NCBI GenBank assembly: GCA_963664825.1
Contig: OY761614.1
Location: forward strand, 3,296,001-3,360,000
Direction: 5' to 3'
From: an uncultured Holophaga sp.
Lineage (GTDB): Bacteria > Acidobacteriota > Holophagae > Holophagales > Holophagaceae
Length of the DNA stretch: 64,000 bases
Within the stretch, counting starts at the first letter, position 1. Each line of letters starts with the position of its first letter. This document shows positions 28,095 through 37,481 of this stretch, piece after piece. Under the pieces are notes generated by a model. It was given only the letters and a program-made list of their open reading frames with translations, made no database searches and was not told where the DNA came from. The position numbers were made by a program, and so were the translations under genes.

Positions 28095-28408
28095 TTCACC
28101 GGATGAAGCCCGGCTTCGCATCCGCTTCGCCCTCCGGGCTCAGACCAGGAAGGAAGAGTGGCGCATTACGGTATTTCGAGCCGCAGCACTGCACAGTTTG
28201 GGCTACGCCCAAGCCTGTGCCGCGCCACTCTACGCCATCAGCCTGTCGGCTGTCGGCTACTCGAAATGCACGATCCAGGTTCACCGGACCACGAAGCCCG
28301 GCTTCGCATCCGCTTCGCCCTCTGGGCTCAGACCAGGAAGGGCGAGACGAGGGCATGGATACAGGTTCCAAGCGGCATTCACCGGACCACGAAGCCCGGC
28401 TTCGCATC
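28095..28408. repeat. Direct repeats containing the metG 3' end (two ~60-bp copies plus the 31-bp copy within metG)
   Basis: Copies at 28095-28153, 28280-28341 and 28378-28408; spacers of 126 and 36 bp. Confidence 0.9.
28155..28269. ncRNA. Candidate pseudoknotted structured RNA (unassigned family)
   Basis: Two interleaved 10-bp stems plus two hairpins, found by eye. Confidence 0.45.
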
Positions 28409-30355
28409 TTCCGGGGGGGCGATGAGGTAGGGCTTGCTGGCGTTGTCACTGGCACAGAGCAGCATGCCGTGGCTCTCGATGCCCATCATGGCCCGGGGCG
28501 CCAGATTGGCCACGACGACGACGCGACGGCCCACCAGATCGGCGGGCGCGTAGGCTTCCTTGATGCCGCCCAAGATCGTGCGCTGCTCGAAGCCCAGGTC
28601 CACCTTCATCTTGATGAGCTTCTTGCTCTTGGGCACTTCCTCGGCCTCCAATATCAGCCCCACCCGCAGATCGGTCTTGGCGAAGGTGTCGTAATCGATA
28701 TTCTCCTTCACGGGAGGGAGGTCCAGAGGCTGGGGGGCGGCGGGCTGAGGGGCGGCTTCCGCGCGGATGGCTTCGATTTCGTTCATGGCAGTTTCCTTGT
28801 CGATGCGGGCGAAGAGAGGTTTGGGATCGGATACGGGGCCTGGGGCGGGGGCTTCCACATCGAGATCGGCGAAGCGCAGATCCATCACATGGCCCGTGAG
28901 ACCAAGGCTTTCCCAGAGCTGCTGACAGAGCTCAGGCATGACGGGCCCGGCCAGCAGAGCGGTCAGACGAAGGGCACGGTAGAGCTGGGCCAGGACCGTA
29001 TCGAGCTTCTGGGCATTGGCCTCGTCCTTGGCTAGTTTCCAGGGTTCGGCCTTCACGATGTAGCCGTCCAGATGGCGCAGGAAGGCCCACAGCCCATCCA
29101 GGGCGCCATTGAAATCATGCCTGGAGGCCCGCTCCAGGTACTGCGGCGCCGCCTGGCGCAGGAGTTCGCGCACCTCCGTATCCGCCGCGTCATACTGGAC
29201 GGGCTCCACCACCACACCCTTCCGGTAGCGCTGCAGCATGCTGATGCTGCGGCTCGCGAGATTGCCCAGGCCGTTGGCCAGGTCTGCGTTGAGCCGGTCG
29301 ATGAAAGCCTCGAAGGTGAAGGCGCGGTCGTGGCCGATATGCATATCGCGCAGGAGGAAGAAGCGCGCGGCGTCCGTGCCGAAGTGGAGCAGTTCCTTGG
29401 GACGCACGATATTGCCAAGGGACTTGCTCATCTTGGTCTCGCCCATGAGCCACCACCCGTGGGCCAGAATGGTCTTGGGCATCTGCGCGCAGATGCGATC
29501 GGGCAGTGCGCCCTTTAGGTCATCGCCCTCCTGGCGGTAGATGGCCATGAGGAAGGCGGGCCAATACACGGCATGGAAGCGGAGGATGTCCTTGCCCACC
29601 AACTGCACCGCCGGCGGCCAGTGGCCTTGTTTGGAGGCGCTGAGGTAGTTCAGCAGGGCGTCGAACCAGACGTATACCACGTGTTTCTCGTCCCCCGGCA
29701 CAGGGATGCCCCAGGTGATGGAGGTGCGACTGATGCTGAGGTCCTGAAGGTTGCCGCGCTCGCCGCCGGGCGACACGAATTGTTTGACTTCGTTGAGGCG
29801 GAAATCCGGCTGTACGAATTCGGGACACTTTTCATAAAGCTGGATGAGCCAATTTTCATAGGAGGAGAGGCGGAAAAAGTAGCTCTCTTCTTCCAGTTCC
29901 ACCAGCTGATGGGCCAGCCCTTGGGCCTGCATCTCCTTGGCTTGGATCTCCGTCACATAGGCTTCGTCCGATACACTGTAGAGGCCCTTGTAGGTGGCCT
30001 TGTAGATATCCCCCCTGGCCAGCAGCTCCGTGAAACGCGCCTGCACCGTGGCTTTGTGCGATGCGTGGGTGGTGCGCACGAAGTGATCCACCGTGAGGCC
30101 CATCTGCTTCCAGAGGTTTTCGAAGTTGGGTGCCACCTCGTCCACTAGCTGCTGGGGTGTGATGCCCCGGCTGGCCGCGGTCTTCTCGATCTTCTGTCCG
30201 TGCTCATCGGTCCCGGTGAGGAAGTAGACATCCTCGCCCAGCATCCGGTGATGGCGCGCCAGGGCATCCGCCATGACGGTCGTATAGGTATGACCGATAT
30301 GGGGTTTGTCATTCACGTAGTAGATGGGGGTAGTGACATAGAAAGGCTTGGACAC
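28379..30355 (-). CDS. metG: Methionine--tRNA ligase with C-terminal tRNA-binding OB domain
   Basis: TTPIYY, HIGH, GTDEHG, GKDILRFH, KMSKS; knuckle lacks Zn cysteines; GTG at 30355 after GGAG. Confidence 0.97.
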   Translation of the reverse strand: MSKPFYVTTPIYYVNDKPHIGHTYTTVMADALARHHRMLGEDVYFLTGTDEHGQKIEKTAASRGITPQQLVDEVAPNFENLWKQMGLTVDHFVRTTHASHKATVQARFTELLARGDIYKATYKGLYSVSDEAYVTEIQAKEMQAQGLAHQLVELEEESYFFRLSSYENWLIQLYEKCPEFVQPDFRLNEVKQFVSPGGERGNLQDLSISRTSITWGIPVPGDEKHVVYVWFDALLNYLSASKQGHWPPAVQLVGKDILRFHAVYWPAFLMAIYRQEGDDLKGALPDRICAQMPKTILAHGWWLMGETKMSKSLGNIVRPKELLHFGTDAARFFLLRDMHIGHDRAFTFEAFIDRLNADLANGLGNLASRSISMLQRYRKGVVVEPVQYDAADTEVRELLRQAAPQYLERASRHDFNGALDGLWAFLRHLDGYIVKAEPWKLAKDEANAQKLDTVLAQLYRALRLTALLAGPVMPELCQQLWESLGLTGHVMDLRFADLDVEAPAPGPVSDPKPLFARIDKETAMNEIEAIRAEAAPQPAAPQPLDLPPVKENIDYDTFAKTDLRVGLILEAEEVPKSKKLIKMKVDLGFEQRTILGGIKEAYAPADLVGRRVVVVANLAPRAMMGIESHGMLLCASDNASKPYLIAPPEDAKPGFVVR

Positions 30356-30589
30356 GAGGACTCCATGACCTTCCAGTCTACCGGAGGTCGCCAAGGCCAT
30401 CAGCTCCTGGGCAAGAAGAATATGGCCCCGAGGTTTCACGCGGGCAGGGCAGGCCTTGGAACTGAATTCGCCCGAGAGAAGAAGATGAACGGCCGTGACG
30501 AGGGGCTTCTGATGTCAGGTATTTCCTAGCCATCTTCTCCTGGCGTTGACGGTTCGGCCGACTTATATTGTGCATCCTCCCCCCAATCT

Positions 30590-32563
30590 GTGAAGCACCC
30601 GATGGCTCATGCCCCTCTTCCATGTGAGCTGTTTATGCGATACATACCTTTTTCCCCATTCGGCTGGATCCCCCGGGTTGCGAGACACCCGGTCTTGCGG
30701 AGATCTCTAAAAATAGCCTTCGATCTGGCTTTAGCATTGGTGTCGATGCGTTTAGCGAACGCATTAATCTTGTATTCAAGAACCATTGGCCCCCAAGATT
30801 TGGTTTGGTTCGGCTTGGCCATGGGCATGAACGTTCTGTTTGGAATGCCCAACCAGCATTACAGGACCTTCGGGGTCCGGGATCTCGTGACCCTCTTTAA
30901 GGTTTCTGTCCTCGCCCTTCTGCCCTTGGGATTCCTACAGACCCTCAACCCCAACCTGATGAGCATCCAGGTCCCCGAGAACTGGCTGGCGGCCACCCTT
31001 TTGACCTTGCTCTCCTGGACCCTGCTCCGCCTGATCTGCCGGATATACCATGAGCGAAAGGAAATCTTCTCGTCCTCTTCCCGCAGTTCAGGAAAACGGG
31101 CCCTCATCCTGGGGGGCGGCTACGCCGGACTGCAGGTGGCTCACGAGTTGCAGCACAATCACAGCCTCGGTGCTCAGGTGGTGGGGTTCCTGGATGACGC
31201 CCCCGATATGCAGGGCCTGCGAATCCAGGGCATTCCTGTCCTGGGCACCACAGCCCAACTGCCTGAAATCGTGGCCCGGTACCAGATCCAGCAGGTGATC
31301 ATTTCCATCCCCAGCGCCAAGGGCAGCACCATACGCAACTTTGCCAAGCGGGCCCATGAGGCCGGTACCCTGGTTTACACCGTCCCCGGGCTATGCCAGA
31401 TGCTCCAGGGGGAGACCTGGAAGCCCATCCTCCAGAAGATCTCCATTGAGGATCTGCTCCGCCGCGAACCCATCGAGCTGAACCATGCCGCCCTGGGTGA
31501 GCACCTGCGGGATACCGTGGTAATGGTCACCGGCGCGGGCGGTTCCATTGGATCCGAGATCTGCCGCCAAGTGGCCGCCTTCGGTCCTAGCCGCCTAGTA
31601 CTCCTGGGACGCGGCGAGGGAAGTCTCTGGAAAATCGAACGCGATATCCGGGATCTCTTCCCCAGCCTGCCCATCACCCTGGAGCTCTGCGATATCCGCA
31701 ACCCGCGGCGTCTGAAACAGGCCTTCCTGCGGTGGAGGCCGGAGATCGTCTTCCATGCGGCCGCCCACAAGCATGTGCCCTACCTGGAAGAACACCCGGA
31801 AGAGGCCATGGAGAACAATATCTTCGGGACCCAGAACGTCGTTCACGCCGCCGTGAGCGTTGGAACCCGAGTGTTCGTGAACATCTCCACCGACAAGGCC
31901 ATCAATCCCACCAACGTGCTGGGAGCCTCCAAATACATCGCCGAGCGCGTCGTCCTCATGGGTGCTCAGGATGCCCCCACAGGCTCCCGCTACGTCACTG
32001 TGCGCTTCGGCAATGTGCTGGCCAGCCGGGGCAGCGTTGTCCCCATCTTTCAGGCCCAGATCGAATCCGGCGGTCCCGTCACGGTCACCCACCCCGATAT
32101 GCACAGGTATTTCATGACCATCCCCGAGGCAAGCCAACTCGTGCTCCAGGCCGGTCTCATGGGCGAGAACGGCAAGGTCTATGTCATGGACATGGGCGCG
32201 CCGGTAAAGATCGTGGATCTGGCCACGGACATGATCCGTCTGGCCGGGCTGGAACCTGGTCGGGATATCAAGATTCGCTTCACCGGCATCCGCCCAGGCG
32301 AAAAGCTCTATGAAGAAGTATTCAACGGCCAAGAGATCGAGTGCCCCGGGATTCATCCCCATCTCAGGGAGGCGCTCCTGAAACCCCTTGATTGCGAAAG
32401 CCTCCAAGCCGCCCTCGAACTCCTGCGGTCGGCTGGAAATGCCCGCGTGAACACACGGCGCAAGACCTTCCTCAGCACCTTCATCAGCCTCATCCCCGGC
32501 TACCACCCCTCCAAGGATGGCCTTGGGCGCTATGCAGATATCCCAGAAAGGACATACGTATGA
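30590..32563 (+). CDS. PglF/WbpM/CapD-type UDP-GlcNAc 4,6-dehydratase
   Basis: N-terminal TMs; TGAGGSIGSE, HAAAHKHVP, STDKA, RFGNV, RPGEKLYE; start uncertain (30590-30635). Confidence 0.92.
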   Translation: MKHPMAHAPLPCELFMRYIPFSPFGWIPRVARHPVLRRSLKIAFDLALALVSMRLANALILYSRTIGPQDLVWFGLAMGMNVLFGMPNQHYRTFGVRDLVTLFKVSVLALLPLGFLQTLNPNLMSIQVPENWLAATLLTLLSWTLLRLICRIYHERKEIFSSSSRSSGKRALILGGGYAGLQVAHELQHNHSLGAQVVGFLDDAPDMQGLRIQGIPVLGTTAQLPEIVARYQIQQVIISIPSAKGSTIRNFAKRAHEAGTLVYTVPGLCQMLQGETWKPILQKISIEDLLRREPIELNHAALGEHLRDTVVMVTGAGGSIGSEICRQVAAFGPSRLVLLGRGEGSLWKIERDIRDLFPSLPITLELCDIRNPRRLKQAFLRWRPEIVFHAAAHKHVPYLEEHPEEAMENNIFGTQNVVHAAVSVGTRVFVNISTDKAINPTNVLGASKYIAERVVLMGAQDAPTGSRYVTVRFGNVLASRGSVVPIFQAQIESGGPVTVTHPDMHRYFMTIPEASQLVLQAGLMGENGKVYVMDMGAPVKIVDLATDMIRLAGLEPGRDIKIRFTGIRPGEKLYEEVFNGQEIECPGIHPHLREALLKPLDCESLQAALELLRSAGNARVNTRRKTFLSTFISLIPGYHPSKDGLGRYADIPERTYV

Positions 32564-33756
32564 CGTTGGCATTTCCCGCGTTTGCCCCCTGGCCTGCCTA
32601 CACCGAAGATGAAGTCGCGGCCGTGGCCCGGGTCATGCGCAGCGGGAAGGTGAACTATTGGACCGGTGAGGAGGCCCGAGCCTTCGAGAGTGAATACGCC
32701 GAGGCCGCCGGGTGCCGATACGCCGTGGCCCTCATGAACGGGACGGTCGCCCTGGAACTGGCCCTCCATGCCCTGGAGATCCCTGCAGGATCCGAGGTCA
32801 TCACCACCCCCCGCACCTTCATCGCCAGTGCCAGCGCCATCGTCGCCCGGGGCTGCATCCCCGTCCTGGCGGACGTGGACCCCAATAGCGGCAACATTAC
32901 CGCGGAATCCATTCAGGAAGTTCTTAGGCCACGCACCAAGGCCATCATCGCCGTACACCTGGCCGGGTGGCCATGCGATATGGATTCCATCCTGGCACTG
33001 GCCGATCAGAAAGGCATCAAGGTCATCGAGGATTGTGCCCAAGCCAGCGGCGCCAGCTACAAGGGCCGTCCGGTGGGTGGGCTGGGCCACGCCGGGTGTT
33101 TCTCCTTCTGCCAGGACAAGATCATCACGACCGGCGGTGAGGGAGGGATGCTCACCACGAACGATGAACGCGTTTGGCGCCGGGCCTGGGAGTACAAAGA
33201 CCACGGCAAGAATTGGGAAGCCGTCTACGCGCGCTCGCACGTTCCGGGCTTCCGCTGGTTCCACGAGAGCTTCGGCAGCAACTTCCGGATGACCGAACTT
33301 CAAGCCGCCATCGGCCGAATTCAGCTCCGCAAGCTTCCCCAGTGGACCCGCCAGCGCAATAGAACCATGAATCGGCTCTTCGATGCCCTGGAGGCCAGTC
33401 CATCCCTTCGCGTTCCAAGGCCAGGGCCCGCCTTTGGCCACGCCGCCTACAAGGCCTACGTCTACCTCCGCCCCGAAACCCTGGAGGATGGCTGGACACG
33501 GGACCGCATCATGACAACCCTAGCGAACCAAGGCATCCCTTGTTTCAGCGGAAGTTGCAGCGAAATCTATCGAGAGAAGGCCTTCATTTCCACCGGCCTG
33601 GGCCCCAAGTCCCCTTTGCCCATCGCGAAGGAACTGGGGGAGACCAGCCTCATGTTCGTGGTACACCCAGGACTGGGAGAGGACTACCTCCAGGCCCTTA
33701 TTCCTGCGCTCCGGGACGCCTTGGCCCAGGCCACCTGCCCCCGGCTGACCGCATGA
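32560..33756 (+). CDS. DegT/DnrJ/PglE-type sugar aminotransferase
   Basis: NGTVALE, IEDCAQ, SFCQDKIITTGGEGG; ATGA overlap. Confidence 0.93.
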   Translation: MTLAFPAFAPWPAYTEDEVAAVARVMRSGKVNYWTGEEARAFESEYAEAAGCRYAVALMNGTVALELALHALEIPAGSEVITTPRTFIASASAIVARGCIPVLADVDPNSGNITAESIQEVLRPRTKAIIAVHLAGWPCDMDSILALADQKGIKVIEDCAQASGASYKGRPVGGLGHAGCFSFCQDKIITTGGEGGMLTTNDERVWRRAWEYKDHGKNWEAVYARSHVPGFRWFHESFGSNFRMTELQAAIGRIQLRKLPQWTRQRNRTMNRLFDALEASPSLRVPRPGPAFGHAAYKAYVYLRPETLEDGWTRDRIMTTLANQGIPCFSGSCSEIYREKAFISTGLGPKSPLPIAKELGETSLMFVVHPGLGEDYLQALIPALRDALAQATCPRLTA

Positions 33757-34763
33757 CCACCCTCCGCAGGATCAGCATCATCGTTCCCTGCCGGAACGAG
33801 GAAACCCATATCGACGGGGCTGTTTCCAGCATCCTGGCAGGCCTGGGGGAACTTCCCGCAGAAGTCCTCGTCTGTGATGGCGCAAGCACCGACGGAACCG
33901 CAGGCAGGATCAGGGCCATGGCTGCCCAGGACGCAAGGGTCCGCCTCGTGGAAAATCCCGCTCGCGATACCCCCCACGGCATGAATGCTGGCCTTGCCGT
34001 GGCCACGGGCGACCCCATTTTCATTGTATCGGCCCATGCATCCTACCCATCCGGGTATTTCCAGCGCCTTTCAGAGGCCCTGGAACGCCTAGGGGCAGCC
34101 TGCGTGGGAGGCGTCCTGCGCACCGAGGTCAAGACAGAGACCACGGTCGCACGTTCCATCCGTGCCGTGCTCGGAGATTTTTTCGGCGTCGGTAACGCCC
34201 ACTATCGCACCGGTACCAGCAAAGAACGGAAGGTCGACACCGTGGCCTTCGGCTGCTATCCCCGGTGGGCCTTCGAACGTTTCGGCACCTATAACGAGCG
34301 ATTGGTTCGCAACCAAGATATCGAACTGAACAAGCGAATCTTGGCAGGAGGCGGCACCATCTGGCTGGTACCTGAAATCGAGGCCGTGTACTACGCCCGG
34401 CCCCACCTGGGGGCCTTCCTTGCCAACCAGTTTCAGAACGGGCGTTGGAACCTGCTCACCATCGCACTCACGGGGTCCAGGGCCTCCATCAGCCTGCGCC
34501 ATCTCGTGCCCGCAGCCTTCGTGCTTGTCATCCTCCTCTCGTCGGTATTAGGGGCCTGGCACCCATTCTTAGGGCTCCCTGCCCTGGCCACTCTGACCGC
34601 CTATCTGTCCATCGCTGCCTGGCGAGCCCTCCGCCTGCGCAAAGAAGGTGCCCGACCTGGAATAACCATGGTGGTCTTCTTCCTCCTCCATGTGACCTAC
34701 GGCCTGGGCAGCCTAGTCGGCATCCTCGAGGCCCCCTTCTATCGCCGGAGGCAGGCCATATGA
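33753..34763 (+). CDS. GT2 glycosyltransferase (ExoA-like)
   Basis: IIVPCRNEE, DGASTDGT, RNQDIELN; C-terminal TMs. Confidence 0.9.
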   Translation: MTTLRRISIIVPCRNEETHIDGAVSSILAGLGELPAEVLVCDGASTDGTAGRIRAMAAQDARVRLVENPARDTPHGMNAGLAVATGDPIFIVSAHASYPSGYFQRLSEALERLGAACVGGVLRTEVKTETTVARSIRAVLGDFFGVGNAHYRTGTSKERKVDTVAFGCYPRWAFERFGTYNERLVRNQDIELNKRILAGGGTIWLVPEIEAVYYARPHLGAFLANQFQNGRWNLLTIALTGSRASISLRHLVPAAFVLVILLSSVLGAWHPFLGLPALATLTAYLSIAAWRALRLRKEGARPGITMVVFFLLHVTYGLGSLVGILEAPFYRRRQAI

Positions 34764-35407
34764 ACCATGTACTCACACTCCGACAGCGATTCGCGAAAAG
34801 GGCCTTCGACCTCACCCTTTCCATGGTCCTGCTGGCCCTATGTGGATGGCTGATCCTGCTGGCCTGGATCGCAGCTTCGATCGATACCCGCAGCAACGGG
34901 ATGTTCTGCCAGTCCCGCATCGGGAGATGGGGCAAGCCTTTCACCATATACAAAATCAAGACCATGCGGCCCGTGGCAGGCATCAACACCACCGTAACGG
35001 TGAAAAATGACCTCCGCATCACGGCCCTGGGCCGGTGGCTGCGCAGCGCCAAACTCGATGAGCTGCCTCAATTGTTCAATGTTCTGATTGGCGACATGAG
35101 CTTTGTGGGTCCCCGCCCCGATGTGCCGGGATTCGCCGATCAACTCGAGGGAGAGGCATCATGTCTGCTCAGCCTGAGACCCGGCATCACGGGGCCGGCC
35201 ACCTTGGCGTTTCGAAACGAAGAGGAGATCCTGACGCGCATGCAGGACCCTGACGTCTACAATAAATATATTATTTACCCAACCAAGACCCTTTTAAACA
35301 TGCACTACATAAATAATTATGCATTCACGACCGACTTGCGCTTAATTTTGGCCACGGCAACGGGACGAGGCTTTACTGCCAGTGAAGGACATCTTCCCGC
35401 GGCCTGA
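34760..35407 (+). CDS. Priming phosphoglycosyl transferase (PglC/Bac_transf)
   Basis: KRAFD, KLDELPQL, GDMSFVGPRP, PGITG. Confidence 0.93.
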   Translation: MNHVLTLRQRFAKRAFDLTLSMVLLALCGWLILLAWIAASIDTRSNGMFCQSRIGRWGKPFTIYKIKTMRPVAGINTTVTVKNDLRITALGRWLRSAKLDELPQLFNVLIGDMSFVGPRPDVPGFADQLEGEASCLLSLRPGITGPATLAFRNEEEILTRMQDPDVYNKYIIYPTKTLLNMHYINNYAFTTDLRLILATATGRGFTASEGHLPAA

Positions 35408-35430
35408 AAATCACTCATGGCAGGTGTGTC

Positions 35431-36462
35431 ATGTTCCGATTCCAAGTGTTAGACCAAGAGGCCATCCCATGGAAGCAACTGGATTCATTCCAGGACCGAA
35501 CCATCCACCAGACCCAGGCCTGGCTGGAATTCCTGAAGGCAAGCCAGGGAGTGAAACCCTTAGTCATCGAGATCAAACAGGGTGGTCAGGTGGTTGGCTA
35601 TTTCACGGGCGGTCTCTTTAAGACGTTCGGCATCCGTATCCTAGGTAGCTCCTTCCCTGGCTGGATGACTCCCCATATGGGATTCAACCTACTTCCTGAT
35701 ATTTCGCGAAGCTTGGTGGCTCAGGAACTGATCAAATTTGCCTTCACAACGCTTAAGTGCTGGCATATAGAAATATATGACAAGTACTTGCGGTTTGAGG
35801 ATATTCAGGAGGCATTCCCCCAGGCTCGATACTGGGCAGCACCGGGGTGGGTGGTGGATATGAGTGGCAGTGAAAAAACCGTATTCAATCAAATGAACAA
35901 GGCTCGACGCAGATATATCAAAGCAGCTACTCAACAAGGTCTGCTGGTGGAACAGGCCTTCGAAGAATCATTTGTGGATGATTATTATGCTCAACTCGAA
36001 GATGTATTCAAGCATCGCGGGTTGGCACCCACCTATTCGAAGGAGAGGGTACGCCTGATGATCCGCATCCTCAATCCGACCGGCCGACTCCTTTTGGTTC
36101 GGGTACGCGAACCCGAAACAGGACTGTGCATCGGGTCGGGTCTATTCTTGGGCTTCAACGGCACCATGCATGCCTGGGGGGCAGCCGCCTTCCGGGCGAA
36201 ACAGCACTACCACCCGAATGAGAGTCTGCACTGGTTCGCCATGCGCTATTGGCATGAACGGGGAATGAAAAATTATGACATGGTGGGCGGTGGGAATTAT
36301 AAGCGGCAGTACGGTGCCAAATATATTGAGACCCATTGGATCAGGATATCGCGACTGGGTGTGTTAATGACTCTCCGCGATCAGGCTCAGGGTCTGATAG
36401 GCCTCATTCAGAAACTTCGAGGGAAATTCGCCAAATACCCTTCCGAGTTTGAGGGGGTATGA
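35431..36462 (+). CDS. FemAB-like/GNAT acyltransferase
   Basis: IHQTQAW, KARRRYIKAA, YDMVG, YKRQYG pattern. Confidence 0.75.
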   Translation: MFRFQVLDQEAIPWKQLDSFQDRTIHQTQAWLEFLKASQGVKPLVIEIKQGGQVVGYFTGGLFKTFGIRILGSSFPGWMTPHMGFNLLPDISRSLVAQELIKFAFTTLKCWHIEIYDKYLRFEDIQEAFPQARYWAAPGWVVDMSGSEKTVFNQMNKARRRYIKAATQQGLLVEQAFEESFVDDYYAQLEDVFKHRGLAPTYSKERVRLMIRILNPTGRLLLVRVREPETGLCIGSGLFLGFNGTMHAWGAAAFRAKQHYHPNESLHWFAMRYWHERGMKNYDMVGGGNYKRQYGAKYIETHWIRISRLGVLMTLRDQAQGLIGLIQKLRGKFAKYPSEFEGV

Positions 36463-37397
36463 TGCGATGGCCTGAGGGGAAGCGTTTTGCTTTTTCAATT
36501 TTTGATGACACAGATAATGCGACAGTCCAGAATGTAAAGCCAGTTTATGATTTTATTAAACAACTTGGGTTTAGAACAACCAAATCCGTGTGGGTCTACC
36601 CACCTAGAGGTAGGTTCAAAGGCTCATGTTTGCAGGATCACGATTATTTGGACTGGATTTTGAAACTTCAATCGAATGGATTCGAAATTGCCTTACACAA
36701 TGTTGGTGATGGGTTTTTCTCTAAAAGAGAAATAATAGAAGGGTTGGATTCATTCCGCGACTTGGTAGGTCAATATCCAATCTGCCATACTAACCACGTT
36801 AGTAATCCAGACAACATTTATTGGCTCAAGGATCGTTTCGAGTGGCCTTTTAGCCTAGTATACGGCCTATTTTTTCGATTACGATACGGGCGATCTCCTA
36901 TTTCGGAAGGTAATGACGAAAATTCTCGTTGTTTCTGGGGTAATGTAGCCAAACGTAACATCAACTACATAAGAAATTACACATTTACCGGGATCAACAC
37001 CTTGCATTTTGACCCCAAGATGCCGTACAGGGTAAACCGCAAGGGGAAATACTCTAATCTGTGGTTTAGCTCCTCTGATGGTCACACTGTCATAGAAATG
37101 AATGATCTGCTGCGACCCGAGAGGGTAGACCAACTGGAACAAGAGGCTGGCGCTTGCATTGTATACACTCACTTCGCTTCGGGCTTCGTCGATGCCAAGG
37201 GGAAGCTGAACTCAACATTCATGCGACAGATGGAATACTTGGCATCAAAGGATGCATGGCTCACCCCGGTCACTCCACTTTTGGATCATCTGCTTAGCAG
37301 AGGTACAGATAGAGACCCTGGATATCTCTATCGTGCGGGAAGGGATTGCGTTTGGCTGATGGAGCGTATCCAGAAGCGCGTGAGACATGGTCGATGA
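36459..37397 (+). CDS. Polysaccharide deacetylase-like protein
   Basis: FAFSIFDDTD, GFEIALH, IVYTHF; low GC. Confidence 0.6.
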   Translation: MMRWPEGKRFAFSIFDDTDNATVQNVKPVYDFIKQLGFRTTKSVWVYPPRGRFKGSCLQDHDYLDWILKLQSNGFEIALHNVGDGFFSKREIIEGLDSFRDLVGQYPICHTNHVSNPDNIYWLKDRFEWPFSLVYGLFFRLRYGRSPISEGNDENSRCFWGNVAKRNINYIRNYTFTGINTLHFDPKMPYRVNRKGKYSNLWFSSSDGHTVIEMNDLLRPERVDQLEQEAGACIVYTHFASGFVDAKGKLNSTFMRQMEYLASKDAWLTPVTPLLDHLLSRGTDRDPGYLYRAGRDCVWLMERIQKRVRHGR

Positions 37398-37481
37398 CTT
37401 GAAAGCCGCATTTTTTTGATTTGGAAGATAGCAATATTAAACCCATAAATATATACCTATAATGGATATGAAGGGAGACCC

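Noticed and set aside
28155..28275. tmRNA fragment (GTGCAT..CGAG..CTCG resembles pk1)
   Set aside because: No tRNA-like ends or tag frame; similarity is limited to a few bases
28095..28408. CRISPR array
   Set aside because: Only two full ~60-bp copies, very unequal spacers, no cas genes, and the repeat contains the metG terminus
30356..30589. T-box or SAM riboswitch upstream of metG
   Set aside because: No T-box or SAM-I consensus elements found
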